From positions 180,987 to 244,986 of the IMG/VR virus record IMGVR_UViG_3300045256_000050: a stretch of 64,000 nt of DNA; one strand, given 5' to 3'. Of the stretch, positions 46,058-55,232 are shown one piece after another. A program made the translations under genes and the position numbers. Under the pieces are notes generated by a model. The model saw only the letters and a list, made by a program, of their open reading frames with translations. It had not been told where the DNA came from and did not search any database. Position 1 is the first letter of the stretch, and each line of letters begins with the position of its first letter.

Positions 46058-46918
46058 ATGAGAGCTTTCCGGTTGATTTTCTTTCGCTGCTCCGTCACAA
46101 AACAATACTTCGTACACCTTTGTGAAGACAGGTCGAGCGGCGTTGAAGAAGTGAAGAGATTCTGTCCCACGCCGCTCGACGTGTTGGGCGACGTGTGCCC
46201 GGCCTCGTCGATGGACTACATGAAGATATGTGAGATTTGCGAGAGCCAGCACGGCTGGTTCTTACCCAACGACATAGCGACGGCCTGGGTGGACGGGCTG
46301 ATCTCAGGCGAGCGGACGCTGGACGAGATGTACAGCGGTGGGTCCAACCCGCACGTCAAGGGCATGACTAATGCGACGAGTCAGCAGTGGCAGATCATCA
46401 CGGGAAGCCTGATGGGAGCGGGATACATACAGGAGGTTGGTTCTGGTCACTGTTTCGGAATGACCGAGAGTAAGGACAAGGACTGGCTCGGGTATAAAGT
46501 AGCAGAGCTTTGTGAGTTGGGGAATCCGACGTTCTTCGAGGACGGCGGGAGATTCCGCTGGCGGACCAGGGTGGACGCAATCTCGTTCGACCTGTTCCGG
46601 CAGAACCACTATACGAAGCGTCAAAAAACCATCAGGCCGGTCGTACTTGAGCAAATCATGGACACCGGCTTGATGGTGTGGTACATGGACAAGGGGTTCT
46701 GGCGAACCCCAACGACCATCGCATTTCGCACCAGCTATCTCGACGACAAGGGCAACCGTGCCATCGTGAACTTCCTGAACTCCGTTGACATCAACGCCGA
46801 GTTCAAGAAGTACGAGCGGTCCAAGCAGATTGTGTTAGACAAAGAGGGGACGGAGACGTTCCTGGCGACCATCTCCGGGCGGGTGCCGCACTTCATGGAG
46901 TACCGGCTAGAGTCTTAG
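46058..46918 (+). CDS. LAGLIDADG-fold protein lacking both catalytic acids, N-terminal Cys domain
   Basis: ITGSLMGAG and LMVWYMDKG replace GxLLGDG and LAIWFMDDG; TAACTA 5 nt before ATG. Confidence 0.75.
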   Translation: MRAFRLIFFRCSVTKQYFVHLCEDRSSGVEEVKRFCPTPLDVLGDVCPASSMDYMKICEICESQHGWFLPNDIATAWVDGLISGERTLDEMYSGGSNPHVKGMTNATSQQWQIITGSLMGAGYIQEVGSGHCFGMTESKDKDWLGYKVAELCELGNPTFFEDGGRFRWRTRVDAISFDLFRQNHYTKRQKTIRPVVLEQIMDTGLMVWYMDKGFWRTPTTIAFRTSYLDDKGNRAIVNFLNSVDINAEFKKYERSKQIVLDKEGTETFLATISGRVPHFMEYRLES

Positions 46919-47435
46919 CACAGTAGTCGTACATGGCGATGCTGGAAGCACAGCCTACGTTCAGTGAACGCACGCTGCCGTACTGACGGATGTAAAGAAT
47001 CCGCTCGCACAAGTTCCGCAACTCCGGCACGAGGCCGATGTCCTCCTGGCCGAACACCATGACGACGTGCTTGTCCTTCGGCCACTGGAAAGTCTCCACC
47101 GGCACGGCGTCGTCGCCGGTGTCGAAGCCGACGACGCAGCAGTCCTTCAGGTCGAGTTCTTCAGTGAACTTCACGAACTTCAGGTTCTCGTACAGGTGCG
47201 TGCCGACGGTGCCCCGCCGGTCGAACTGCTTGCGGCCGTAGACGATCACTTCCTTCGCCAAGAAGGCGTTGGCGTTGCGGATGACCGTGCCGATGTTGAA
47301 GTCCTTGAACTGGTTGGAGATCAGGACGCTGAAGTTGTGACGCTTCGTGTCCAGGTTGCCCTTGATCGCCTCCGTCGTCCAATACTTGTAGACATCAATC
47401 ACATTCCGGTGATCGGTCGTTTCGAACTTTGTCAT
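46893..47435 (-). CDS. SpoU/TrmH-family RNA 2'-O-methyltransferase
   Basis: NIGTVIRNANAF, VFGQEDIGL, SLNVGCASSIAMY. Confidence 0.9.
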   Translation of the reverse strand: MTKFETTDHRNVIDVYKYWTTEAIKGNLDTKRHNFSVLISNQFKDFNIGTVIRNANAFLAKEVIVYGRKQFDRRGTVGTHLYENLKFVKFTEELDLKDCCVVGFDTGDDAVPVETFQWPKDKHVVMVFGQEDIGLVPELRNLCERILYIRQYGSVRSLNVGCASSIAMYDYCAKTLAGTP

Positions 47436-47607
47436 AGACCCAGACTTCCCGGTTGGTGGCCGAGTGCCGCTGGAGTTTCCAGCCCAAACACTTCAACTGC
47501 ACCCGATCCTCGATGCTGATCCTTTTACTTGCTTTGACGATCCAGTAAAGGTCGTATTCTTCTGCCTCGGCTTGGTGGCCGAGCATTCTGTACCCAGGGG
47601 GTAACAT
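47395..47607 (-). CDS. Hypothetical protein
   Basis: Short ORF upstream of the SpoU gene. Confidence 0.45.
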   Translation of the reverse strand: MLPPGYRMLGHQAEAEEYDLYWIVKASKRISIEDRVQLKCLGWKLQRHSATNREVWVYDKVRNDRSPECD

Positions 47608-47680
47608 AGAGCCTCACTTTGCTCCAAAATCATAGCACAAGAGCGATATAACTTCAACTCTTATAGATGAAAGGAAACAC

Positions 47681-48052
47681 ATGGCAGTACCAGTCCATCA
47701 CCACCTAATCGTTCGGGCAGAAGTGAAGAAACCCCTGTCCGATGTTGAGCTTACGAAAACTTGGCTGGACGAATTAGTTACGAAAATCGGGATGAAAAAG
47801 GTCAGCGGCCCGCACGCCGCCTACGTCGAGAAGGAAGGAAACAAGGGCGTCACGGGCTGCGTGATTATTGAAACCAGCCACATCGCCCTGCACGTCTGGG
47901 ACGAAACTAACCCGGCCCTCGTCCAACTCGATGTGTACACCTGCTCGTGCCTGCCGCTCGAAGCGGTCTTCGAACACCTGGACGTGATGCAACCTCGGAA
48001 GATCGAGTACAAGTTCCTCGACCGGGAACACGGCCTCAAGTTTGTAAAATGA
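47681..48052 (+). CDS. speD: S-adenosylmethionine decarboxylase proenzyme family
   Basis: GVTG..IIETSHIALHVW (pyruvoyl cleavage site), QLDVYTC. Confidence 0.9.
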   Translation: MAVPVHHHLIVRAEVKKPLSDVELTKTWLDELVTKIGMKKVSGPHAAYVEKEGNKGVTGCVIIETSHIALHVWDETNPALVQLDVYTCSCLPLEAVFEHLDVMQPRKIEYKFLDREHGLKFVK

Positions 48053-48759
48053 TCCACGTCCTCGTCACGTTGTTCAACACCGGCCACGTTTTCGGTCGGT
48101 GCTACGCCTCCCTGACAGCCCAGAAGTCCAAGTTCAAATGCTACGTCGTTGACGACTGCTCCACCGACGACTCGGCACAGGTCGCCGAGTCGTTGACCTG
48201 TTTCGACACCCGGTTCATCGTCATCCGCAACCAGAAGAAGTTGTACCAGTCCGGCTGTTACGACTTCCTGATGAACGAGATGGAAATCCGGGACGAGGAC
48301 GTGTGCGTGGCCGTCGATTCCGACGACTACCTGCTTGGGACCGATGTGTTTGACTTAGTGAAGGAACAGTACGACCGGGGGTGTGTACTCACCCACGGCA
48401 CCTTCGTTCGCACGAGTGGCGGGATCGCCACGCAGCTAGTTCCGCCCTACGACCTGACCCGACTCCGGCGTTACCCTGACGTGCCGTCACACCTGCGGAC
48501 CTGGAAGGCGTGGTTGTGGCGGAAGATGCCCGCCGACGTACTGAAAGCACCCAACGGCTACTACTGGCGTGCGGCGGGCGACTTGGCGTTCATGTACACG
48601 ATGATGGAGATGTCGGGAGGCAGGATCGGATTCATCTCGAAGCCAGTCTACTGTTACGACGACACGTTGCCGACCTGCAACCACAACAGGAACCCAGGCA
48701 TTCAGAAACACAACGACCACATCATCCGCAGTCGGTGTTCCTTGCCCAAGTTATACTAA
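48049..48759 (+). CDS. GT2-family glycosyltransferase
   Basis: VVDDCSTD, VDSDDYL, AAGDLA. Confidence 0.88.
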   Translation: MIHVLVTLFNTGHVFGRCYASLTAQKSKFKCYVVDDCSTDDSAQVAESLTCFDTRFIVIRNQKKLYQSGCYDFLMNEMEIRDEDVCVAVDSDDYLLGTDVFDLVKEQYDRGCVLTHGTFVRTSGGIATQLVPPYDLTRLRRYPDVPSHLRTWKAWLWRKMPADVLKAPNGYYWRAAGDLAFMYTMMEMSGGRIGFISKPVYCYDDTLPTCNHNRNPGIQKHNDHIIRSRCSLPKLY

Positions 48760-49707
48760 ACCACAGATCGGGGCGGACACGTTGGAGAACCAGTCGAATG
48801 CTTCGTCGGGCTTCGGGTTGGCCCACGCCCGGTAGCGGTTGTAAGCGAGGTTGCTCGGTTCGGCGTAGCTTTTCTCCAGTCCCTTGAGAATCCAGGGCAG
48901 GAGCATGAGGCCGGGCTTATTGAACACGTCGGCCAGGATGCCAATGCCGCTGGGGAAGTAGAACCCGTAGTCGATGTCCTGCATGCAGTACAGGGCGGTG
49001 CTGAGCTTTTCGCCGATCACCTTACGGCACGGTGCCCGTTGTTCCATCACGTTCGCCACCGCTTCCGTTTTGTCCCGGTCGTACTCCGCACCGAGGAACA
49101 TGAAGCTGCCTTTGCCTAAGAACCCGTAGACCTTCGTCAAGAAATCGATCCACTGCTGCTCTGACCACAGACTCCATCCGCCCGCTTTCTGTCTGTCCTT
49201 GTCCCGGTTGGAGATGTAGACGGCGATAATCGGCTTGGGCAGGTTTGCCATTAGTTTCGATCTGGCGTCGGCGTCCACGCCGGTGAACTTCAGCCCGTAG
49301 TGATAGCTGATCGGGAATGGCTTGAGCCAGTCGGCGAGGGGTCGGCCGGATTCAAGGTGTACGTTGGCTGAGAGGTTCTGGACCCACGGCTTGTCAACGA
49401 ACCCGAGTCCGCCGATGGTCATGGGCCAATCGGCGGGGAGGCACTGGCTGATGACCTGCCATGCGTTCCGGTCCTCCATGTACCCGCCCCAATGGACGTT
49501 GGGGAGCATCTTAACGAACTCGCCGCCCCGGTTCATTTCGCCCCGTGAGGCGACCGAGACGATGATCTCTTTGCCCAGCTTCTCTTTGAAGTGCATCAGT
49601 TTGGTGTAGACCCAACTGATGTCCCCGATGCCGCACGGGAGGCAGTAGTGACAGCACTTCTCGGGTCCGCCGAAGTCGGCGGGGGTGTAGATTTTGTCTT
49701 CGCTCAT
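48751..49707 (-). CDS. GT9-like (GT-B) glycosyltransferase
   Basis: CGIGDISW, FLGAEYD, FPSGIGILAD. Confidence 0.6.
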   Translation of the reverse strand: MSEDKIYTPADFGGPEKCCHYCLPCGIGDISWVYTKLMHFKEKLGKEIIVSVASRGEMNRGGEFVKMLPNVHWGGYMEDRNAWQVISQCLPADWPMTIGGLGFVDKPWVQNLSANVHLESGRPLADWLKPFPISYHYGLKFTGVDADARSKLMANLPKPIIAVYISNRDKDRQKAGGWSLWSEQQWIDFLTKVYGFLGKGSFMFLGAEYDRDKTEAVANVMEQRAPCRKVIGEKLSTALYCMQDIDYGFYFPSGIGILADVFNKPGLMLLPWILKGLEKSYAEPSNLAYNRYRAWANPKPDEAFDWFSNVSAPICGLV

Positions 49708-50723
49708 TACTTCAGGAACGGGGTTAGATCGAACTTCTTCACGACGGACTCTGGGCTGCTGCTGAACAGGTCGGCGAAGAACTTGGTTTCGATGTTCTCT
49801 TTTTTGCACCATGTATAGGTCATCGGCTTGAGGTAATCGTAATACAACATCACTTGCGGTACATCCAGGTTGTCGGCGATGATGTTCAGGCCGGACTGGT
49901 AGCCGATGAAGAGGCTGCTGTTGTTGATGATGTGACAGACCTTAGCCGGAGCCTCGTTCATGTAGGAAACCGTCTCGATCCGACGCTGGGCGAGTCCCAG
50001 GGACACTTCCTCAATCGCCTCTTTGTCGAATTTCGCTCCGATGACGACGATGGGCAGGTCCGGGTTGTACTTCGAGTAGAGCAGGTCAACGTACTCAAGC
50101 CACTGGTCGATGCTCCAACACGGCAGGTTGCGGTTCTTGGCACTCCCAGAGACGTACAAGGTCATGTAGTTCTCGAACGGCACCTTGATGGGTTCCATCT
50201 TAAGCGGCACGTCGGTCATGACCGTCAGGTCGTCGATCTCGTCCAGGCGGGTGCCGTCTTCGAGCCATTTGTTGACGGCGTAGGGCACGGAATCCAGGTT
50301 GTACGACCCCTGCCAGTTTTTGATAGTAGCGGACAGGTCGTACTTGGTCGCCGCCATTTCGTTGTACAAGTTGCCCTTCACTAAGCGAAGTTTCACTTCG
50401 CCGACCTGCGGCAGCAGTGACATCCAGGGCAGGGAGCGGTTCTGAACGTGGTCGAGGACGACCACGCAAATGTTCAGGTTGATGGTCTTAAAGTGCGGGG
50501 CAACCTTCTGGTAGACCCAGAAGATGTCGCCGAGTCCTTGCACCACGTCGAGGGTGATGTAGTCCTTCGGCGGCGGCGGTGTTGTTTTAACCCGCTTCGG
50601 CGTTACTTTTTGCTGTCTCACAGCGACCGGCTTGCGACTTACCACTTTTCGCCCCATTTGTTGTTCCTTAAGTTTTGCAACACGTCTGTGAAACAAATCT
50701 TGCCTGACCTGATTGTTGCTCAT
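49707..50723 (-). CDS. GT9-like (GT-B) glycosyltransferase, paralogue of the adjacent gene
   Basis: QGLGDIFW, VIGAKFD, FIGYQSGLNIIAD. Confidence 0.62.
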   Translation of the reverse strand: MSNNQVRQDLFHRRVAKLKEQQMGRKVVSRKPVAVRQQKVTPKRVKTTPPPPKDYITLDVVQGLGDIFWVYQKVAPHFKTINLNICVVVLDHVQNRSLPWMSLLPQVGEVKLRLVKGNLYNEMAATKYDLSATIKNWQGSYNLDSVPYAVNKWLEDGTRLDEIDDLTVMTDVPLKMEPIKVPFENYMTLYVSGSAKNRNLPCWSIDQWLEYVDLLYSKYNPDLPIVVIGAKFDKEAIEEVSLGLAQRRIETVSYMNEAPAKVCHIINNSSLFIGYQSGLNIIADNLDVPQVMLYYDYLKPMTYTWCKKENIETKFFADLFSSSPESVVKKFDLTPFLK

Positions 50724-51799
50724 ATCATCATCTTGCTGTTGAATTCCTTCACATTCTCCCGCTTGGATTGCCAGAAGTGCAGGAGTTTACGGCCGACGAC
50801 GAAGTAGCGATTCATTTTCAGTTCAGAGTCGAGGCCCATGTCCCTCAGCAGATCACGGATATGATCGTAGTCCGATGCCGGAACATTATTCGGGACGACA
50901 TAGATTAGCACTTTTCCGCCAGCTTCCTCCTGCAAAAACTGTAGGTTCATGTACGACCCCTTCAGGTCGTTCATCAGACCCGGCATGTAGAACGGCTCGC
51001 CGTGGCTGTTCCGAATCGCCTTTCGGACGTGCGGCAGGAAGTTCAGTTCGCAGGCCGTCGCCCCGCACGGACACTTGAAGAAGTTCTTCATCTCGAACAG
51101 GTCGGACCCGTCGGCGATCTCCCGGTGGAGGTTCAACATGTTGCGGTACTTGCCGCCCTCCAGGCAGGCGAAGGTCGGCAGGACGTGCTTGTTCCCGAAC
51201 CGGCAGGTACGGAAGTTCAGGCCACTCTTCCAGTCGATCATCTGGTCGTTGTGCAGGATCGACCGACGCATCAGCGGTTCCGTGTCGTAGGTCGTCAGGT
51301 ACTTGATCTTGTCGGCGTTGGCTTTGATGTAGTCGGCCAGCTTCGGGTCGGTGGTCGGGAAGATGAAGTCGGCGGGACGGCCGCTCAGCCACACCGAGCC
51401 TGGGGCGGACTCGATGGTGTCGATCAGTGAACCCGGCTTCACGCTCTCCAGGTTGATTTCCGTCTGGGCGTTCTCCGGGTTACGCAACTGGTTGGTGACG
51501 TTCTCACGCCAGTAGTTGTAGTTGCCATCGAAGGCGTATGCGGTCGGCGTCCCGCTGATCGAGCCGTTGGACATCATCATGAAGGCCGGGGCTTGTGTGT
51601 CCACCGCCGTCTTGTTCAACTCCAGGGTGCGGACCGTGGGTTCGAACAGCGGGTTGGCCTCGGCCAGTTCCCGGAGTTTTTCGATGTCCTCGTCGAACGT
51701 GGTGTAGTCGTAGTTCGTGACTTCGGCCAGCAGCTTGTCGGCGGTTTCCGGGTTGGGGTCGCCGTGGTAGTTTTCGTAAGCTTGCGTGAGATTGGACAT
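50720..51799 (-). CDS. Putative AMP-forming ligase-like (PaaK/CapK-like) protein
   Basis: SNGSISGTP resembles the P-loop SSGTTGxP; C-terminal LQFLQE...LIYVV. Confidence 0.4.
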   Translation of the reverse strand: MSNLTQAYENYHGDPNPETADKLLAEVTNYDYTTFDEDIEKLRELAEANPLFEPTVRTLELNKTAVDTQAPAFMMMSNGSISGTPTAYAFDGNYNYWRENVTNQLRNPENAQTEINLESVKPGSLIDTIESAPGSVWLSGRPADFIFPTTDPKLADYIKANADKIKYLTTYDTEPLMRRSILHNDQMIDWKSGLNFRTCRFGNKHVLPTFACLEGGKYRNMLNLHREIADGSDLFEMKNFFKCPCGATACELNFLPHVRKAIRNSHGEPFYMPGLMNDLKGSYMNLQFLQEEAGGKVLIYVVPNNVPASDYDHIRDLLRDMGLDSELKMNRYFVVGRKLLHFWQSKRENVKEFNSKMMI

Positions 51800-52023
51800 T
51801 ACTGTATTACCGCCATGTTTGGCTCGGGCCAGTAAACGGTCCCGTAGCATAAGATGTGATATTTAGTCACGCCGGGTGCTACTTCTTCCGTGATCGTCTC
51901 GCAAGGAATGCGAATGCTGATGTGGTGCGCCAGGGACTCCTGGTTGTTAATAAGTAAACGCCACTTCCGGCCCTGGGGGTCGTCGGAGTGCTTGGTGTTG
52001 AAGCGAATGAGGATTCTGTCCAT
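51799..52023 (-). CDS. Hypothetical protein
   Basis: TAATG coupling. Confidence 0.55.
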   Translation of the reverse strand: MDRILIRFNTKHSDDPQGRKWRLLINNQESLAHHISIRIPCETITEEVAPGVTKYHILCYGTVYWPEPNMAVIQ

Positions 52024-52059
52024 AAAAAAAGGAGGCCGGTTGGCCTCCTTCTCCTTTCT

Positions 52060-52281
52060 TTAGTACCAGGGCTTGCAGCAGTTCTCCATTTTCCGCTCGA
52101 TGTCCTTGAGTTTGTCAAGGATGGCGAGCAGTCCGGCCACTACGAGAACATCCGTCGAGTGCAACGGATGTTCTTTGATGAACTCCCCGACCTGTACGAC
52201 GTATTTCGCTAAGTCCTCTGCTGAGGTTGGCTCACGCAGGTGCTTGCAGCAGGGTTCGTCGCACTGGTCGTGTTCACTCAT
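52060..52281 (-). CDS. Hypothetical small protein
   Basis: MSEHDQCDEPCC; coupled to the upstream gene. Confidence 0.5.
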   Translation of the reverse strand: MSEHDQCDEPCCKHLREPTSAEDLAKYVVQVGEFIKEHPLHSTDVLVVAGLLAILDKLKDIERKMENCCKPWY

Positions 52282-53197
52282 CGCTATCCTCTTGTCGATT
52301 GAAGAAATACTGGTTGATATCGGCGTGCATCCCCGGCTTGTCGGTGGCCCATTCCCACACGTTGTTGACAAGCTTGATGTCCTCAGCAGGATTGTAATCG
52401 TACTTGAGGATGATGTCGTGCCGGTCCATGTACGCACGGTTCTTCAGGCTGCCGTGCCACAGGTGGTAGATATCAATAGGTAGATAGTCAAGAACGAGCG
52501 GTTTCTTCTGGAACTCGTCCCGCCATGCACCCATGTGCTTCTTCATGTGTTCATTAAACTTCTGAGCGTAGCCGTGGATGTCCCAGGAGTTCAGGCAGCA
52601 GTCCACCATGTAGGTGTCGCCGCTTCCGATGATGTTCCGGTCATACACGCCACCCAAGTCCTCGAAGAACTTCCGGTTCGCACCCCAGGCGAAGCCCGGC
52701 GACGAGAACGGCAAGTCCTTCTTCTTCCGGCGCTCCAGCCAGTTCTTGTGGATCAAATACTGCCAAATCACGCCCTGGAACATGAGTTCCTTCGTGCCCT
52801 GCCAAGACCGATGGCCCCGAGGGAGGTAGTTGATCCGCTTGAAAAGCTGGATGATGTGCGCCTTCTTGAACTTCTCGACCGCCTGCTCGACCCAATCGTC
52901 AGCCGAGAACAGAACATCGCAGTCCAGCCAGCCGAAATACTCACAGCTACTCGGCAGTTGGGACAGCCCGTAGTTAATCAACCGCTCTTTTTGCCACATC
53001 ACGCTGTTGCCACGCAGCCGGGCTACGTTGTGGGTGGTCGGAATCTCGAAATCGTTGTCGCCGAACGCCATCTCCACCGTCAGCAAGTTCACACCCTGCC
53101 GCTTCAGGTTTTCTGCAAACGTGAAGTAGTTTTTCAGGATGTTCTTGTACCCCGCCGGGTTGAAGAACGTAGTGATGGCCCAGAATTTGTTGTTCAT
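52274..53197 (-). CDS. GT-A fold glycosyltransferase-like protein
   Basis: ITTFFNP, WQKERLINYG, WLDCDVLF (DxD), PGFAWG, GSGD, HLWH; GAGGAGG SD; TAGATA upstream. Confidence 0.75.
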   Translation of the reverse strand: MNNKFWAITTFFNPAGYKNILKNYFTFAENLKRQGVNLLTVEMAFGDNDFEIPTTHNVARLRGNSVMWQKERLINYGLSQLPSSCEYFGWLDCDVLFSADDWVEQAVEKFKKAHIIQLFKRINYLPRGHRSWQGTKELMFQGVIWQYLIHKNWLERRKKKDLPFSSPGFAWGANRKFFEDLGGVYDRNIIGSGDTYMVDCCLNSWDIHGYAQKFNEHMKKHMGAWRDEFQKKPLVLDYLPIDIYHLWHGSLKNRAYMDRHDIILKYDYNPAEDIKLVNNVWEWATDKPGMHADINQYFFNRQEDSDE

Positions 53198-53294
53198 AGC
53201 TCCTCCTCTGTAAACAACTGCGTTATCTAAGCTTATTACGGAAACAAAATCGGAGGACGCTGACCCCTATATACCTGAACAAGAGAGGGCTTCA

Positions 53295-53720
53295 ATGAGC
53301 GTAATTCAACAACTTTTCAGTGACCCGATTTCGGTGCCGATCCCCCTGGAGTTTCAACCGACGGGTACGTTCACCGAGTCGGCTGTGGTTGACAACACGA
53401 CGGACCGATTTATTTCGGCCGACATCCAGCTTTCCGTTCAGCCGGACAACGGCAGTCCGGGCGGCGACGGATTCATTAAGGTCTACCTGATGCGGTCGCT
53501 GGACAACGTGGAGTGGGACGACCCGACGGAAGACTGCACCCTGTTGGCCGTGTGGACGGCGAACCAGGGCGGGGTGAACTTCACGCACAGCATTGACACA
53601 GACGTGGTGGGCAACCTGCCGCCGTATTGGAAGATTCTGGTCGAGAACCGGACCGGGACGGCTTTCGATGGGACTGGCAACTCGCTGAGTTTCGTCGGAA
53701 AGAAGTTCGAAACCGTCTAA
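53295..53720 (+). CDS. Putative virion beta-sandwich protein
   Basis: TATATA at 53268; beta-rich; heads a virion-type operon. Confidence 0.6.
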   Translation: MSVIQQLFSDPISVPIPLEFQPTGTFTESAVVDNTTDRFISADIQLSVQPDNGSPGGDGFIKVYLMRSLDNVEWDDPTEDCTLLAVWTANQGGVNFTHSIDTDVVGNLPPYWKILVENRTGTAFDGTGNSLSFVGKKFETV

Positions 53721-53732
53721 CCTGGAGATTCC

Positions 53733-55232
53733 GTGCGTTACCACATTCGACCACAGCACCATTACATGCCGAGCTTGGCAAACTACGGTCATTCGTGGGG
53801 CCGGAGCAACGTTGCGTCTGCTGTCCCGGACAGCATCCAGACCGGGCCGTATGAGAATCAGGCCAGATCATTCCGACCGAGAGGCGCACCCGGCAAGGCG
53901 TACTTCCTCTACGATCCGGGAGACAACGGACAACCGGAACACCGCTGGCTCGCCAAGTGGAGTATGTTACCCAGCATGTACGAAGGGACGGGTGCGACCG
54001 TCTCTTTCGGCTTCAAGTGGAGCGGGCAGCAGGGCCACGTCATGTGGTTCGGCGACGTGACTAATGAGTTTCCCCAGGGGATCGAGGCGAAGATCACCTT
54101 CGAATCGGAAATCTCTCAATTCTTCCTACGCTTCGGCATCTTTGTCAATGCTACGGAGTCTGTGGGCACTGTCACGGCTCCGCTGATCTCGGGCGAGGAT
54201 TACCACTTCACGGCTGTGTTTCTGCCGGAGATTGTAAACCTCGGCGAGTTTAGCGGCATCGGGCGGTGGAGGATATACCGAAATGGTCTGCTCGTTGACA
54301 GCAGTTCCACCACTGGCTTCAACAACATCGACATCAGCATCACGACGCCTAGCTCCTTCTACGTCGGGACTGATTACCTGGGCGACCGGCTGTTCAACAG
54401 CCCGATCTACGATTTGAAGATGTTCTACCGGCCTCTCAGCCACAACGAGGTATGGAACAGTTACTTCTACGATTACATCAAGGAACAGAAACAAGTCCCG
54501 CTGACCGCCCTGGCTGTTGAATCAGACGGCCCAGACCGGACAGCTTCCGGCGGGGCAAGGGTTGGCGGTAACGGTGACGTAACGGCCGACTATGACATCG
54601 TTGCTGACGGCGGTGCTGTACTTGCTGGTATGGCCGACGAATTCTACGTCCACAACGGCAGCGTTGTGTATGATGAGTTCGCATCGGGCGGTGCCGTACT
54701 GGCCGGTTCGGCAGTTGTAAGAAAGATCGTCCCGTTCAGTGTAACGGGTGGTGCCGTACTGGCCGGTTCGGCAGTTGTAAGAAAGACGTTCAGACACACC
54801 GCAACGGGCGGGGCGGTGGTAGCCGGGTTCGCACTGAGAACGGCCAACTACTTCGTCCAAACGACCGGCGGCATCGAGGCAGGCGGGTCGCTGACAACCA
54901 TCGCTACCGAATACGCTTCTGGCGGCGTGTCGTGCGGCGGCAGCTTTGTACTGAAGAGAGGCACGGTACGTCCGAAGCGGCAGAGCGAGTGCTTTGACGC
55001 AAAGGTGTGCAAGCTACGGATTCAACAGATTGGTTCACTCAGTCGTCGAGTTTACATTGAAGACCAATGTCGTCGGCCGTTCCGTCTGTGGGATGGTTAT
55101 GTGCCGGGTGCGGCGTCGTGCCCAGGCGAAATACAGTTCACCCGCATTCTGAAGGTTCAGACGGCAGTCGGGTACAAGAACCCGAGGGATAGAGGCAAAT
55201 TGCCTAACAGTAACTTCGGCGACGTGAGATAA
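53733..55232 (+). CDS. Virion protein: LamG/ConA-like domain + Gly repeats + Cys C-terminus
   Basis: DYHFTAVF...IYRNG...FYVG...IYDLKMFYRPLS..EV LamG pattern; TGGAVLAG repeats; GTG start. Confidence 0.75.
   Translation: MRYHIRPQHHYMPSLANYGHSWGRSNVASAVPDSIQTGPYENQARSFRPRGAPGKAYFLYDPGDNGQPEHRWLAKWSMLPSMYEGTGATVSFGFKWSGQQGHVMWFGDVTNEFPQGIEAKITFESEISQFFLRFGIFVNATESVGTVTAPLISGEDYHFTAVFLPEIVNLGEFSGIGRWRIYRNGLLVDSSSTTGFNNIDISITTPSSFYVGTDYLGDRLFNSPIYDLKMFYRPLSHNEVWNSYFYDYIKEQKQVPLTALAVESDGPDRTASGGARVGGNGDVTADYDIVADGGAVLAGMADEFYVHNGSVVYDEFASGGAVLAGSAVVRKIVPFSVTGGAVLAGSAVVRKTFRHTATGGAVVAGFALRTANYFVQTTGGIEAGGSLTTIATEYASGGVSCGGSFVLKRGTVRPKRQSECFDAKVCKLRIQQIGSLSRRVYIEDQCRRPFRLWDGYVPGAASCPGEIQFTRILKVQTAVGYKNPRDRGKLPNSNFGDVR
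54690..54786 (+). repeat. Intragenic direct repeat, 37 nt x2, 60-nt period
   Basis: GGTGCCGTACTGGCCGGTTCGGCAGTTGTAAGAAAGA at 54690 and 54750. Confidence 0.9.

Noticed and set aside
54690-54786. 37-nt repeat with 23-nt spacer as a mini-CRISPR
   Set aside because: Two in-frame copies encoding the 20-aa repeat unit, non-palindromic, with no cas genes or leader.
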